Source of the DNA: Terracidiphilus sp.
GTDB taxonomy: Bacteria; Acidobacteriota; Terriglobia; Terriglobales; Acidobacteriaceae
DNA length: 47,127 nucleotides
Direction: 5' to 3'
NCBI GenBank assembly: GCA_049590315.1
Contig: JBAWCO010000594.1
Coordinates: 1 to 47,127, forward strand
Of this stretch, positions 1 through 10,001 are shown piece after piece. Numbering within the stretch: position 1 is the stretch's first letter; each line of letters starts with the position of its first letter. The position numbers were made by a program, and so were the translations under genes. A model generated the notes under the pieces. The model saw nothing but the letters and a program-made list of their open reading frames with translations. It was not told the DNA's origin and ran no database searches.

Positions 1-2
1 CT

Positions 3-3000
3 ACCGACTTTGCGGCTCTGATGCCTGGGGTGCAGAACACCTACTCCGCTTCGGCAGCTTCAGGCGGCGCGAACGCAACTGACGCCACCGGTGGCGTCAA
101 CGGCTCAAACCCTGGTGGCGGCACGCAGGATGTGTATATCGACGGCATCGATCTTCCCAGTTCTCTCGGCAATGGCGATCCCCGTCCGACCTGGACGGCC
201 TTCGGCATGGATTCGATTGACCAGTTCCAGACGCAAACGCTCGGCTATTCGGCCCAGTACGCCGGACAGGGCGTGCAAAACTACTCCATCAAGCAAGGTA
301 CCAATCAGATTCACGGATCTCTCTACGAATACGTGCGCAACAAAGTCCTGGACGCGTGGCCGACGAACAACAAGCTTCCAACCGTGACTGGCCTTCCTCC
401 TGCAGGTCAGTCGTGCAGTTCCGCAAGCCTCACCGCCTCCACCAACTGGTGCGCGTTGGGAGGAGTCAAGCCGCAGGAAGTCATGAACGAGTTTGGCGTC
501 GTTCTCAGCGGTCCGATCATTAAGAGCAAGCTCTTCTTGTTCTACAACTATGGTCAATACCGCTATCAGAAGGGACCAAGCCCATCGGTTCAAACACTGC
601 CCACCTATAACATGATGGGTTACGACAACAACGGCAATCCTCTGGGTTACGCCGACTACAACGGCTTCCAGGCATCCCAGGTAGCTAGTGGCGTCACGCC
701 GCAGGGTATCTACGACCCGGCTACACAAACACAGGCTGGCTGTTCGACGACATGCGCTCGCACTCAATTTGCCAACAACCAGATTCCTCAGTCGCGCTTC
801 TCGGAGGCGGCCGCTTACATTGACAAGTTCCTGCTGCCGCTGGAAGCATCTGTCAACCAGGCGCAGTACTTTAACAACGTTGCCTATGGAACCAAGTCCG
901 GCCTGTCAAACTGGTACCAGACTGGCCGCTTGGACTACTCAGTAACCCCGGCGCATCAGATCGGTCTGATCGTTGCCTTCGGGCGCCAGTCTTCTACCGG
1001 CCTGAATTCGGGCGGAACTCTTCCACCGCCGTTCAATACATCGCAGAGCTATCACCCTGTTACCAACGTCGACATCTTCAAGGAGACCTGGACCATCAGC
1101 CCGCACATGGTCAACCAGTTTGCCGCCGGTGTCCAGCGCTATAAGAGTGTCTCCGTCACTCCAAACGAGGCGTCAATCTACTCAACGGCGAATACGGGCA
1201 TCCTGAACATGCCGGCCGGGCAGGCCAGCTACTTCCCACAGATCAAGTGGTCGGGCAACAACGTTCCCGGCACCTGGGCTGGATACAGCGAGAACTCGAA
1301 GTCGAACGCCACCTACACCGTGGTTGATAACCTGCAATGGGAACTGGGAAGGCACAGCATTACGCTTGGTGGCCAGTATGTCAACATCGAATACAACATC
1401 GTAAGCCCCATCACCTACTCCGGCCCGCTGTCGTTTACCTTCTCCGGTGCGCAAACTTCCGGCTATGTCGGTGGCAAGGGAATCGCCAATTCGGGTGCAG
1501 CCTACGCCAGCTACCTGCTGGGCGCGATTAACACCAGTTCGGCAACCGTCGGTGTGCCGGAGTTGAGTCCCCGCTGGTACGATCCGTCGTTCTGGGGTCA
1601 GGACAACTACAAGGTCACCTCGAAACTGACCCTGAATCTGGGACTACGCTGGGATATCTGGACCCCGGTAGTTGAAAAGAATGACAATTTCACGTGGCTC
1701 AATCCGACCGGAAAGAATCCGATTACGGGGAACCTCGGTACCTTCGCTGCGGCCGGTGGCAATTCGGCGGATGGCTGGCACACAGGTCTTCGCAATCCCT
1801 CCAGCCTCTGGTGGAAAAACGTGGCGCCTCGTCTCGGTATGGCCTATTCGCTGGACCGCAAGACGGTGGTGCGTGCCAGCTACGGAATCATGTTCGCCCG
1901 TGGCAACTGGGCAGCAGGCAATGGTCAGTCAGGCTCTCCCTCGACCGCAGGTCTGGTTCCCGCAGCCTCGGCAGCACCGGTAACCGGCGCTAACCAGCCA
2001 TCGTTCTACTGGGATCATACCGCCTGCGGTTCGGGCTCTCTGGCTGGTGACGGCCTTACCTCCTGCGGTTGGACTGGATCGCTGGCTGCACCTTCTTCAA
2101 CTTTGCCAGTTGGCGTTACGATGGCTGGCTATGGCGCCGTGGAAACAGTTGCGGCGGGCGCCAAGAACGGTGTCACCCTCACCTACTGGGATCCGCACTA
2201 CGGCGCACGCACACCCGAGTACGAGAACTGGTCGTTCGGCGTCGAGCGTCAACTCACCAACGACATGTCGGTTTCTGTCAGCTACGTCGGCAGCGAGGGG
2301 CACTTCATCAAAACCGGCTCGTCAATCGGCACAGGCTGGAACAACAGGCTGCAAGAATCGTATGCGGCAATGGCCGGATACTCCCTTGGCAGCGCCACTG
2401 GAACAACTTACTCGCCATGCAGTGGTGCTACCTGCCAGTATCCACTGCTCGGCCAGAAGGTCAATGTCAACGGTACGAACGGTATCACCGTGGCTCAGGG
2501 CCTCGGGTTTACGCCGCAGAATCCTTACAACGCCGGTTCCGGGCAAAGTTACTACGCGAGCAATGGTGTTTATCAGTATTACCTGCCGTTCCCGCAGTAC
2601 AGCGGCGTAAGCACGACCACCAGCTTTGTGGGCAACGAGAACTATCACGCTTTGCAGGTTTTCCTGAAGCAGCGTCCAGCTCATGGCTTCAACTGGATGG
2701 CGGCCTACACCTTCTCGAAGAACATCGACGACCTGGGCACCTTCCGCACCTACGACAACCCGCGTCTCGACCGCTCGCTTTCGGCTGCAGATCAGCCACA
2801 AAGCCTCACGGTCACGGCGGTTTGGCAATTACCCGTCGGCAGGAGCCACATGTTTGGCGACAATCCAATTTACCGCTCAATTGCCAGCGACTGGTCGCTC
2901 TCTGGCATCGGCACTCTGCGCTCTGGCTTGCCGATCATTGTCACCGCCAGCGGTTGCGCAGGAAACAGTATTTTGAACCAATGCATGCCGAGCACCGTAG

Positions 3001-3491
3001 CAGGGCAGTCAGGACGCCAGCATGACTGGGGCAAGGCGGCTAACGGCAGGAATATCAGCTGGGATAGCAGCAACGCCAGCTACATCGGCAAAGTCAACTA
3101 CGTCAACCCGAACGCGTTTGCGGTCAACCAGGCGGGCAACCCGCTCGGCTCGTCCACCGATGCATACGGTACCACGGATGGCCAGGCGATCAATGTCGGG
3201 GGCGGTCCGACCGATTATGTTCCGGGCAATGCGGCCCGTGTCGCACCGCTCGGCATGTTCGCTGAGAAAGGTGTGAACGTAGATATGGCTCTAAAGCGCA
3301 CTTTCCCGATCTTTCGTGAATGGAAGCTGGCGCTCGAAGCCGATATGTCGAACATTGCCAACCATCCGCTGTATGGCGTGCCCAGCTGCATCGTGCAAAA
3401 GGGCACAACCTCCAGCTTCTGCACCATTACCGGCATGGCCTCCAACTACCAACCGCGAGAGTTGCAGTTGGCGGGACGCATCAGCTGGTAA
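3..3491 (+). CDS. TonB-dependent receptor-like outer-membrane protein (Acidobacteria Oar-like type), 5'-truncated by the window edge
   Basis: Frame is open from base 3 (TDFAALMPGV). Plug-like segment DSIDQFQTQT..YSAQY, then KQGTNQIHGSLYEY, QDNYKVTSKLTLNLGLRWD, NVAPRLGMAY, and a C-terminal beta-strand ending in W (LAGRISW). Confidence 0.85.
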   Translation, partial: TDFAALMPGVQNTYSASAASGGANATDATGGVNGSNPGGGTQDVYIDGIDLPSSLGNGDPRPTWTAFGMDSIDQFQTQTLGYSAQYAGQGVQNYSIKQGTNQIHGSLYEYVRNKVLDAWPTNNKLPTVTGLPPAGQSCSSASLTASTNWCALGGVKPQEVMNEFGVVLSGPIIKSKLFLFYNYGQYRYQKGPSPSVQTLPTYNMMGYDNNGNPLGYADYNGFQASQVASGVTPQGIYDPATQTQAGCSTTCARTQFANNQIPQSRFSEAAAYIDKFLLPLEASVNQAQYFNNVAYGTKSGLSNWYQTGRLDYSVTPAHQIGLIVAFGRQSSTGLNSGGTLPPPFNTSQSYHPVTNVDIFKETWTISPHMVNQFAAGVQRYKSVSVTPNEASIYSTANTGILNMPAGQASYFPQIKWSGNNVPGTWAGYSENSKSNATYTVVDNLQWELGRHSITLGGQYVNIEYNIVSPITYSGPLSFTFSGAQTSGYVGGKGIANSGAAYASYLLGAINTSSATVGVPELSPRWYDPSFWGQDNYKVTSKLTLNLGLRWDIWTPVVEKNDNFTWLNPTGKNPITGNLGTFAAAGGNSADGWHTGLRNPSSLWWKNVAPRLGMAYSLDRKTVVRASYGIMFARGNWAAGNGQSGSPSTAGLVPAASAAPVTGANQPSFYWDHTACGSGSLAGDGLTSCGWTGSLAAPSSTLPVGVTMAGYGAVETVAAGAKNGVTLTYWDPHYGARTPEYENWSFGVERQLTNDMSVSVSYVGSEGHFIKTGSSIGTGWNNRLQESYAAMAGYSLGSATGTTYSPCSGATCQYPLLGQKVNVNGTNGITVAQGLGFTPQNPYNAGSGQSYYASNGVYQYYLPFPQYSGVSTTTSFVGNENYHALQVFLKQRPAHGFNWMAAYTFSKNIDDLGTFRTYDNPRLDRSLSAADQPQSLTVTAVWQLPVGRSHMFGDNPIYRSIASDWSLSGIGTLRSGLPIIVTASGCAGNSILNQCMPSTVAGQSGRQHDWGKAANGRNISWDSSNASYIGKVNYVNPNAFAVNQAGNPLGSSTDAYGTTDGQAINVGGGPTDYVPGNAARVAPLGMFAEKGVNVDMALKRTFPIFREWKLALEADMSNIANHPLYGVPSCIVQKGTTSSFCTITGMASNYQPRELQLAGRISW

Positions 3492-3513
3492 GCCCCCGTC
3501 CGTTCCAACAACT

Positions 3514-3539
3514 GTGCAGCCGGTTTGCGCCGGCTGCAC
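3514..3539 (+). terminator. Hairpin downstream of the TonB receptor gene, possible terminator or mRNA-stabilising stem
   Basis: Perfect 10-bp stem GTGCAGCCGG-tttgcg-CCGGCTGCAC 22 nt after the stop; only a weak U-tract follows. Confidence 0.5.
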
Positions 3540-3797
3540 TTAAAGCGCTGGTGGTGACCTGTTCAGACAGGCAACAGGCGAGAACAACTTAGAAACCTAC
3601 CTCGTTCTTACCTTTCGGGAGGGGTTGGAAATCTGACCCTGCACCTCCTCAACACTCCGCGACCAAGCTACCCTATGGGAGAGAGCCCTGCGCCACCCAA
3701 TTCGACGAGCCCCTCGCGGGCGGGAGACCGTTGCCTATTGGGGAATCAGACTGCACGCGAATGCCAGCAAAGCGGCAGGGATTCTGGCAAGGCGCAG

Positions 3798-4508
3798 ATG
3801 TTCAACTCACTGCTGACAACAAAAGTCGTCGATCATATTAGGGCAAAGTTAGAAAATGGTAGCCTCAAGCCCGGCGATAGGATCCCTCCTGAGCGTGAAC
3901 TCGCGAAGATCTTGAATATGAGCCGCGCAAGTCTGCGAACCGGGATTGGCTATCTCGTCTCAATAGGTGTCTTGAAAGCGCGCCGCGGTGCTGCAACCTC
4001 TGTGATGGATGGACCATGGGAGATCGGGGAGCCTTCGCTTAAGTTGCTCGCTGCATTGAATGGTTTGGAGTTTTGGCAGATCCTTGAGGTACGGAAGCTG
4101 CTCGAATCCAATTCGGCGTCGCTGGCAGCTGAACGCGGAAAGGGGCGCCATTTTAGAGAGCTATCAGAAGAACTTGCCGACATGTATGCGGCCATCGGCG
4201 ATCCGACTCAATACCTGATCCACGATATGCGTTTTCATCTTTCCATCGCGCGCGCTTCCAGCAATCCGATCCTGGTAGTTTTAGTGGAAGCAGTTTTAAG
4301 GGCACTATGCGACGAACGCCGCAAGCTGACGGAGTGCTCCGAAGATCGCAGACTCGCAATGGAAGAGCACCGAGAGATCTATCGCGCGATTCGCAATGGC
4401 GACCCACTGGCAGCACGCGCCGCCATGGAACGCCATCTGCATTCGTCCCCGAGCGAGTGGGCAACCGAGCAGCTTGTTGCCCGGCGCAGAAACAAACTCT
4501 TGCGGTGA
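3798..4508 (+). CDS. GntR/FadR family transcriptional regulator (wHTH + FCD domain)
   Basis: LKPGDRIPPERELAKILNMSRASLR HTH; FCD motifs EVRKLLE, DMRFHLSIARASSNPIL, EHREIYRAI, AMERHL. Start uncertain (ORF is open from 3675). Confidence 0.9.
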   Translation: MFNSLLTTKVVDHIRAKLENGSLKPGDRIPPERELAKILNMSRASLRTGIGYLVSIGVLKARRGAATSVMDGPWEIGEPSLKLLAALNGLEFWQILEVRKLLESNSASLAAERGKGRHFRELSEELADMYAAIGDPTQYLIHDMRFHLSIARASSNPILVVLVEAVLRALCDERRKLTECSEDRRLAMEEHREIYRAIRNGDPLAARAAMERHLHSSPSEWATEQLVARRRNKLLR

Positions 4509-5136
4509 ACGAAGCAGTTTTACGTCGAGTTCGAATAATGCGACATCGTGCCGCCGGAGGTGTGTTAGCCGCATAATGACAAGAAGGACTGTGGTGGCCG
4601 CTCATTCTTAGCGGACACCCGTTGGGTATATTGCGATTGCATTGCCTGTGAATTGAATAAAAGTCGTTTAGTGTTCGCCATCAGCCTTAGAATGCTCCCG
4701 TGCTGATACCAATGTGCTCATTGAACGGAATTCAGATATTTCTCTGCCAGTTAGTAACTGCAAAAGTTGTAGGATCCCGGAGCATTTCTGGTAGGGCCGG
4801 AAGCGGCCGGCCTCTCGCGCCAACGATTCGTCCCGTACCGGATAGGCCCTCTGCTGGTATCGCTGGACAATTCGTGGCGCGACTCGATCAGGAGATCGTG
4901 TGTTGGAGTCCACTTCCATTTCCGATTAGAGTCCATCGAGGGCGCTCTGCGCCCCGGTAAGGAGCGTCCAGCTGAATTTGACCGGGCTTGTGCGGCTCAT
5001 CCGCCAGTCCACGGCGCTTTCCGCCCCGCTAAAGTGCGGCCCAGGCAGATTGCTCGGCTGCCAGATGTCTGAGGACGACGCGCGTTAATCATCTTGCGAC
5101 TTATCCAACCTGCGATTGACTGAATTGTTTGCGAGA

Positions 5137-5164
5137 TAGAAAGAACTGAGGCAAGTGCCGATAG
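5137..5164 (+). promoter_or_regulatory. Possible sigma-28 (FliA)-type promoter upstream of the kinase operon
   Basis: TAGA-N16-GCCGATAG versus consensus TAAA-N15/16-GCCGATAA, ending 57 nt before the ATG at 5222. Confidence 0.35.
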
Positions 5165-5221
5165 GAAATGCGTCTTGTGGTTGGCTAAATCCCTTGGAGG
5201 GCCGACTCGACTCGAGGGTGC

Positions 5222-7609
5222 ATGGGTCTCTCAGACCAGTATCTCGGCATAGTCAACGGTCCCGGTCAAAGCGCGCCGGAGCTGCCCGACGACAGCCTTC
5301 TGCTCACCGACCTGCTTGAAAACACAACCGATAGAATCTACTTTAAAGACACCGAAAGCCGATTCCTGCGGATCAGCCGGGGCATGGCGCAACTGTTGGG
5401 CCTATCCGATCCCAGCGAAGCGATCGGCAAGACGGACCAGGATTTCTTTACTCAAGAACATGCAATGAGTTCTCTCCATGATGAGTTGGAGATCATGCGT
5501 TCCGGTCTGCCGGTGATTGCCAAGGAGGAGCGGGAAGAGTGGCCCGACGGAAGAGTTACCTGGGCTTCTACCAGCAAAATCCCCCTTTTCAATGCGACCG
5601 GCAGATGTATAGGCACCTTCGGGATTTCCCGGGATATTTCCAGCCACCGTCGCCACCGGCAGGAACTGCTGGAGAGCGAATCGCGGTTCAGAGACCTGAC
5701 CAACGCGATTCGTGAAGTGTTCTGGATCCTCGATGTCCGCAACGGAAAAATTCTCTACATAAGCCCCATGTACGAGGAAATTTGGGGACGCTCTCGGGCG
5801 CAACTGTATGCCGATGCGAGGGACTGGACCTCCGCCGTCCACGAAGAGGACCGGGCCCGAGTGAACGAGCACGACGTTTTCAAAGGTGAACGCGCGTTCG
5901 AATTGACATTCAGGATTGTCCGAAAGGACGGGGCGGTTCGCTGGATTCGTACCAGGGGATTTCCAATCAAAGATCAGGACGGTAAGACGCTGCGTCTTGT
6001 GGGCATTTCAGCCGACATCACCGAACCACGCATGGCTCACCAGGAAATGTCGAAAACGGAGCGCCTGCTCGCGTCGATCGTGAACTCTTCGCATGACGCA
6101 TTTGTCAGCCAATCGCGGGACGGCACGATTACCTCATGGAACCCCGCAGCGGAACGCATATTCGGCTACACATGCGTTGAGGCCATGGGCGCCGCGGCCA
6201 GCGTCGTAATGGAGCAGGATCACGGAGACGAGACATCCTGGATTCTGGAACAGGTGCGTCAGGGGCTCTGCGTGGAAGACTTTAAGACGGAGCGCCGACG
6301 CAAAGACGGAAGCGTGATAGCCGTCGCTCTCACGGCCTCGCCGATTCGAGATGCATCTGGCGAGATTATTGGAGCTTCGAGCCAGGTTCACAACATCTCA
6401 GAGCGAAAACAACTGGAAGACAAGCTAACGCTTGTTTCCGAGCAGTTGCGCGCGGTTCTGGAGACGACGAATGAGTACGTGGTGGTTCTGGACCGCGATT
6501 GGCACGTCACTTACCAGAACAGGCTTCCCAATGGCGTTGACCCATCGACGGCGATTGGCAAGTCGCTATGGGAGCGCTCACCCTATCTTCTGGGCACGTC
6601 TTTTGAACGGGAAGCGCGGCGCGCCATGAGCGAACACAAACCATGCCGGTTCGAAGAATATTTCAGCGCATTGAAGGCATGGTTGTCTGGCGTGGCTTAT
6701 CCGACGGGTACCGGGTTATTGCTTCTTATTCAGGACGATACAGAAAAACACGTGCTGGACGGTCAACTGCGCAGTGCTCAGAAGATGGAAGCGATTGGCC
6801 AACTCGCCGCGGGAATTGCTCACGAGATCAACACGCCGATCCAGTACGTGGGGGACAACACTGGCTTCATGAAAGACTCGTGGAGCCAAGTCGCCGAGGT
6901 GCTTTCGGCCGCGCAAGCTCTACGAGACGAGGCGGCGTGCGGGTCGGTTTCGCAGGCGGCCATTGAACGCTTTGACGCGTGCAGCAAGAAGGCAGATGTG
7001 GAGTATCTCCTACAGGAGGTACCTCGGGCGATTGAACAGACGCTCGACGGCGTGCAGCGAGTGGCGAAGATTGTAAGCGCCATGAAGGAGTTCTCGCATC
7101 CGGGCTTGCAGGAGAAGCGTACTGTCGATTTGAACAGGGCAATCGAAACTACGGTGACGATTTCACGGAACGAGTGGAAGTATGTGGCTGAAGTGCAGAC
7201 GCATCTTGACCCCAAACTGCCCCTGGTGCCTTGCCTGGCTGGAGAGATCAACCAGGTGCTGCTCAATCTTCTGGTCAACGCCGCTCACGCTATTGCCGAT
7301 GTTGCAAAGTCTTCTGAAGGCACACGTGGCACGATTACCATATCAACCCGGCTCGATGGGGACTTCGTGGAGATCAGTGTCGCCGACACAGGTACGGGCA
7401 TACCGGAGTTCGCAAGGGAAAGGGTGTTTGATCCATTCTTTACGACAAAGGGAGTTGGCAAAGGAACTGGCCAGGGACTCATGTTGGCGCACACCGTGGT
7501 TGTGAAGAAGCACGGTGGAAGAATCTGGTTCGAAACCGAAGTTGGCAAGGGCACCACATTCTTTGTGAAGCTTCCGATTTCGGCGACGGCGGAGGCATTG
7601 TCATGTTGA
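5222..7609 (+). CDS. Cytoplasmic multi-PAS sensor histidine kinase
   Basis: About four PAS/PAC repeats (IYFKDTESRF, YISPMYEEIWG, ITSWNPAAERIFGY, VVVLDRDWHVTY); H-box AGIAHEINTP; N-box QVLLNLLVNAAHA; G boxes DTGTGI, FDPFFTTK, GTGQGL. No obvious TM segment. Confidence 0.93.
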   Translation: MGLSDQYLGIVNGPGQSAPELPDDSLLLTDLLENTTDRIYFKDTESRFLRISRGMAQLLGLSDPSEAIGKTDQDFFTQEHAMSSLHDELEIMRSGLPVIAKEEREEWPDGRVTWASTSKIPLFNATGRCIGTFGISRDISSHRRHRQELLESESRFRDLTNAIREVFWILDVRNGKILYISPMYEEIWGRSRAQLYADARDWTSAVHEEDRARVNEHDVFKGERAFELTFRIVRKDGAVRWIRTRGFPIKDQDGKTLRLVGISADITEPRMAHQEMSKTERLLASIVNSSHDAFVSQSRDGTITSWNPAAERIFGYTCVEAMGAAASVVMEQDHGDETSWILEQVRQGLCVEDFKTERRRKDGSVIAVALTASPIRDASGEIIGASSQVHNISERKQLEDKLTLVSEQLRAVLETTNEYVVVLDRDWHVTYQNRLPNGVDPSTAIGKSLWERSPYLLGTSFEREARRAMSEHKPCRFEEYFSALKAWLSGVAYPTGTGLLLLIQDDTEKHVLDGQLRSAQKMEAIGQLAAGIAHEINTPIQYVGDNTGFMKDSWSQVAEVLSAAQALRDEAACGSVSQAAIERFDACSKKADVEYLLQEVPRAIEQTLDGVQRVAKIVSAMKEFSHPGLQEKRTVDLNRAIETTVTISRNEWKYVAEVQTHLDPKLPLVPCLAGEINQVLLNLLVNAAHAIADVAKSSEGTRGTITISTRLDGDFVEISVADTGTGIPEFARERVFDPFFTTKGVGKGTGQGLMLAHTVVVKKHGGRIWFETEVGKGTTFFVKLPISATAEALSC

Positions 7610-8808
7610 AGCGCATTCTTTTTGTCGACGACGAACCCAATCTCCTGATGGGATTGCAGCGTTCTATGCGGCCAATGCGTGCCGAGTGGGAGATGGAGTT
7701 CGTCTCTAGCGGGGAAGAAGCTCTGCAGGCAATGGCGCGCAACCCGTTCGACATGGTGGTCACTGACATGAGGATGCCCGGCATGACCGGAGCCGAGCTG
7801 CTAGAAAAGATTCAGCAACGTTACCCGCAGACTATTCGCATTGTTTTATCGGGGCAGTCAGATAGGGAATCGATTGTGAGGTCAAGTGCGACGGCGCATC
7901 AGTTCCTATCCAAGCCGTGCGATCCAGAGAAGCTCAAGCTGCTGCTGGCAAGGACCGTCGCGCTCACAAATCTCTTGCAAAACGCGGGGCTCAAGAAGTT
8001 TGTCTCGCAGTTGAAGTGCATACCCAGCCTGCCATCGATCTACCACGAAGTCACCGCCGAATTGCGCTCGGCGGATCCCTCCTCGCTGCGAATTGGTCAG
8101 ATCATTGCGAAGGATATGGGAATGACCGCCAAGATTCTCCAGATGGTGAATTCCGCAGTGTATGGAGTCCGTGGCGAGATATCCGAGCCTGGACAGGCGG
8201 TTCTCATACTGGGGATGGAAACCATCCAGGCGATGGTCCTCTCCCTGAGTATTCTTGCGGCATTCGATCCGCGCGGGTTGAGCGTCGAGGAGGCAGACTG
8301 GCTTTGGGAGCACAGCCTAATTTGCAGTAGATTCTCGCGAGCGATCGCAAAATCGCAAGGGATCTCGGGACGCGAACTCGACCCTTTCCAAAGCGCTGGC
8401 CTATTACACGATGTTGGAAAAATAGTGATCGCGTCTGCCGATCCTAAGACGTATCGCAGAATTCAAGACATCGCTACTGAGACAGAAACCAGACCATGGC
8501 ATGTTGAGAACGAACTCCTTGGCTGTAATCACGCAGAGATTGGCGCCTATCTTCTGGGAATATGGGGTCTTCCGACCTTGATTGTGGAGGCCGTGGCGTG
8601 GCATCACCATCCCTCGGAGAGCCCGGTAACCGAGTTTTCCACCCTGACTGCTGTACACGCGGCGAGTTCACTTCATGCGCAGATGCATCCTGAGTTCCGG
8701 CAAGGCAACCCGGAGATGGATGAGGTTTTTCTTGAGCGGGTTGGAATGGCAGAACGGAAATCTGAATGGATGCGGTGTTGCAAGACGGAAGTAGGAGAAG
8801 GAGTGTGA
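7603..8808 (+). CDS. Response regulator, REC + HDOD domain
   Basis: ILFVDDE, VVTDMRMPGMTG, FLSKP receiver; HDOD motifs IPSLP, TAKILQMVNS, WEHS, GLLHDVGK, HAEIGAYLLGIWGLP, WHHHP. Overlaps the kinase stop. Confidence 0.9.
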   Translation: MLKRILFVDDEPNLLMGLQRSMRPMRAEWEMEFVSSGEEALQAMARNPFDMVVTDMRMPGMTGAELLEKIQQRYPQTIRIVLSGQSDRESIVRSSATAHQFLSKPCDPEKLKLLLARTVALTNLLQNAGLKKFVSQLKCIPSLPSIYHEVTAELRSADPSSLRIGQIIAKDMGMTAKILQMVNSAVYGVRGEISEPGQAVLILGMETIQAMVLSLSILAAFDPRGLSVEEADWLWEHSLICSRFSRAIAKSQGISGRELDPFQSAGLLHDVGKIVIASADPKTYRRIQDIATETETRPWHVENELLGCNHAEIGAYLLGIWGLPTLIVEAVAWHHHPSESPVTEFSTLTAVHAASSLHAQMHPEFRQGNPEMDEVFLERVGMAERKSEWMRCCKTEVGEGV

Positions 8809-8809
8809 G

Positions 8810-9967
8810 ATGACGGGGAAGGTTCTTTTTGTCGACGACGAGCCTGCGGTGCTCGATGGATATAAGAGGCTGTTGGGACGAGAACTGCAGGTGGACACCG
8901 CGGTCGGCGGCGCAGCTGGACTCAAGGCGATCGCAGAAAGCGGTCCGTATGCAGTCGTGGTTTCCGACATGCGCATGCCCGAGATGGATGGGTCGCAATT
9001 CCTGGCAAAGGTTCGAGAAGTGGCGCCTTCGACCGTCCGCCTGGCACTGACTGGATATGTGGATATTGAGACGGCGATGGCCGCAGTAAACGTGGGAAAT
9101 ATTTTTCGATTCCTGGCCAAGCCATGCTCGAAAGAAGACCTGCAGAGAGCCATTGCGGCGGCCTTGGAGCAATTCCGCCTCGTCAACGTCGAAAAGGATC
9201 TGCTGGAGAATACGCTCCACGGGGCGGTACATGTTCTGTCGGAGGTCTTGAGCTTCAGCAATCCGGCGGCCTTCGTTCGTTCGATGCGGGTGCGCCGCCT
9301 GGTGCAACAGGTCGCGGCGAAGCTGGAACTGAAATCCGCTTGGCAATTCGAGATTGCTGCGATGCTTTCGCAACTGGGTTGTGTCGCACTACCTCCGGAG
9401 GTGATGAATGCCGCTTATGCAGGCGAGCGGCTGACGCCTGAGGATCAAAAGAAGTATGATGCTCACCCCGCCGTGGCATTTCAGATGCTCTCGCGCATTC
9501 CGCGCATGGAGGCGATTGCGCAAATGATCGCGCAGCAAAACAATCGGTATCCAAAGGTTGAGGCCGACAGCGAGGAAGAGAAGCGTGATATCGAGTTCGG
9601 CATTCAGCTGCTGCAAACGGGTCTGGCCTTTGATAACTGGCTTGGGCGAGGCCTCAGTCCGGCAGAAGCAGTGAAGAAGGTGCGCGCCAGTCTTCATGGC
9701 ATTAACAGCTTCATCCTGATGTCTCTTGACGACCTCGTGCCCTTAACCACCACGAGCGTACGCGACTTCGACGTATCGGAACTGGCTGTTGGAATGATTC
9801 TGCAGGAGGATCTCAGGAACAGCAATGGCCTTCTGATTGTCGCCAAAGACCTGGAACTTACATTTCAATGGGTAGAACGCCTCAAAGGCTTCTCGCAGCG
9901 CGGAGTCATCGGCAAGAGGATTCGCGTTTCAATACCCCAGACTCTCGATGACGACTGGGACAAATGA
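8810..9967 (+). CDS. Response regulator, REC + degenerate HD/HD-GYP-like domain
   Basis: VLFVDDE, VVSDMRMPEMDG, FLAKP receiver. HD-like region has AAMLSQLG in place of ..LHDIG, followed by HP. C-terminal LAVGMILQEDL..NGLLIV module. Confidence 0.82.
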   Translation: MTGKVLFVDDEPAVLDGYKRLLGRELQVDTAVGGAAGLKAIAESGPYAVVVSDMRMPEMDGSQFLAKVREVAPSTVRLALTGYVDIETAMAAVNVGNIFRFLAKPCSKEDLQRAIAAALEQFRLVNVEKDLLENTLHGAVHVLSEVLSFSNPAAFVRSMRVRRLVQQVAAKLELKSAWQFEIAAMLSQLGCVALPPEVMNAAYAGERLTPEDQKKYDAHPAVAFQMLSRIPRMEAIAQMIAQQNNRYPKVEADSEEEKRDIEFGIQLLQTGLAFDNWLGRGLSPAEAVKKVRASLHGINSFILMSLDDLVPLTTTSVRDFDVSELAVGMILQEDLRNSNGLLIVAKDLELTFQWVERLKGFSQRGVIGKRIRVSIPQTLDDDWDK

Positions 9968-10001
9968 ACCAGCACTTTTGCGCTATGTTAAGCACTCTTT
10001 T

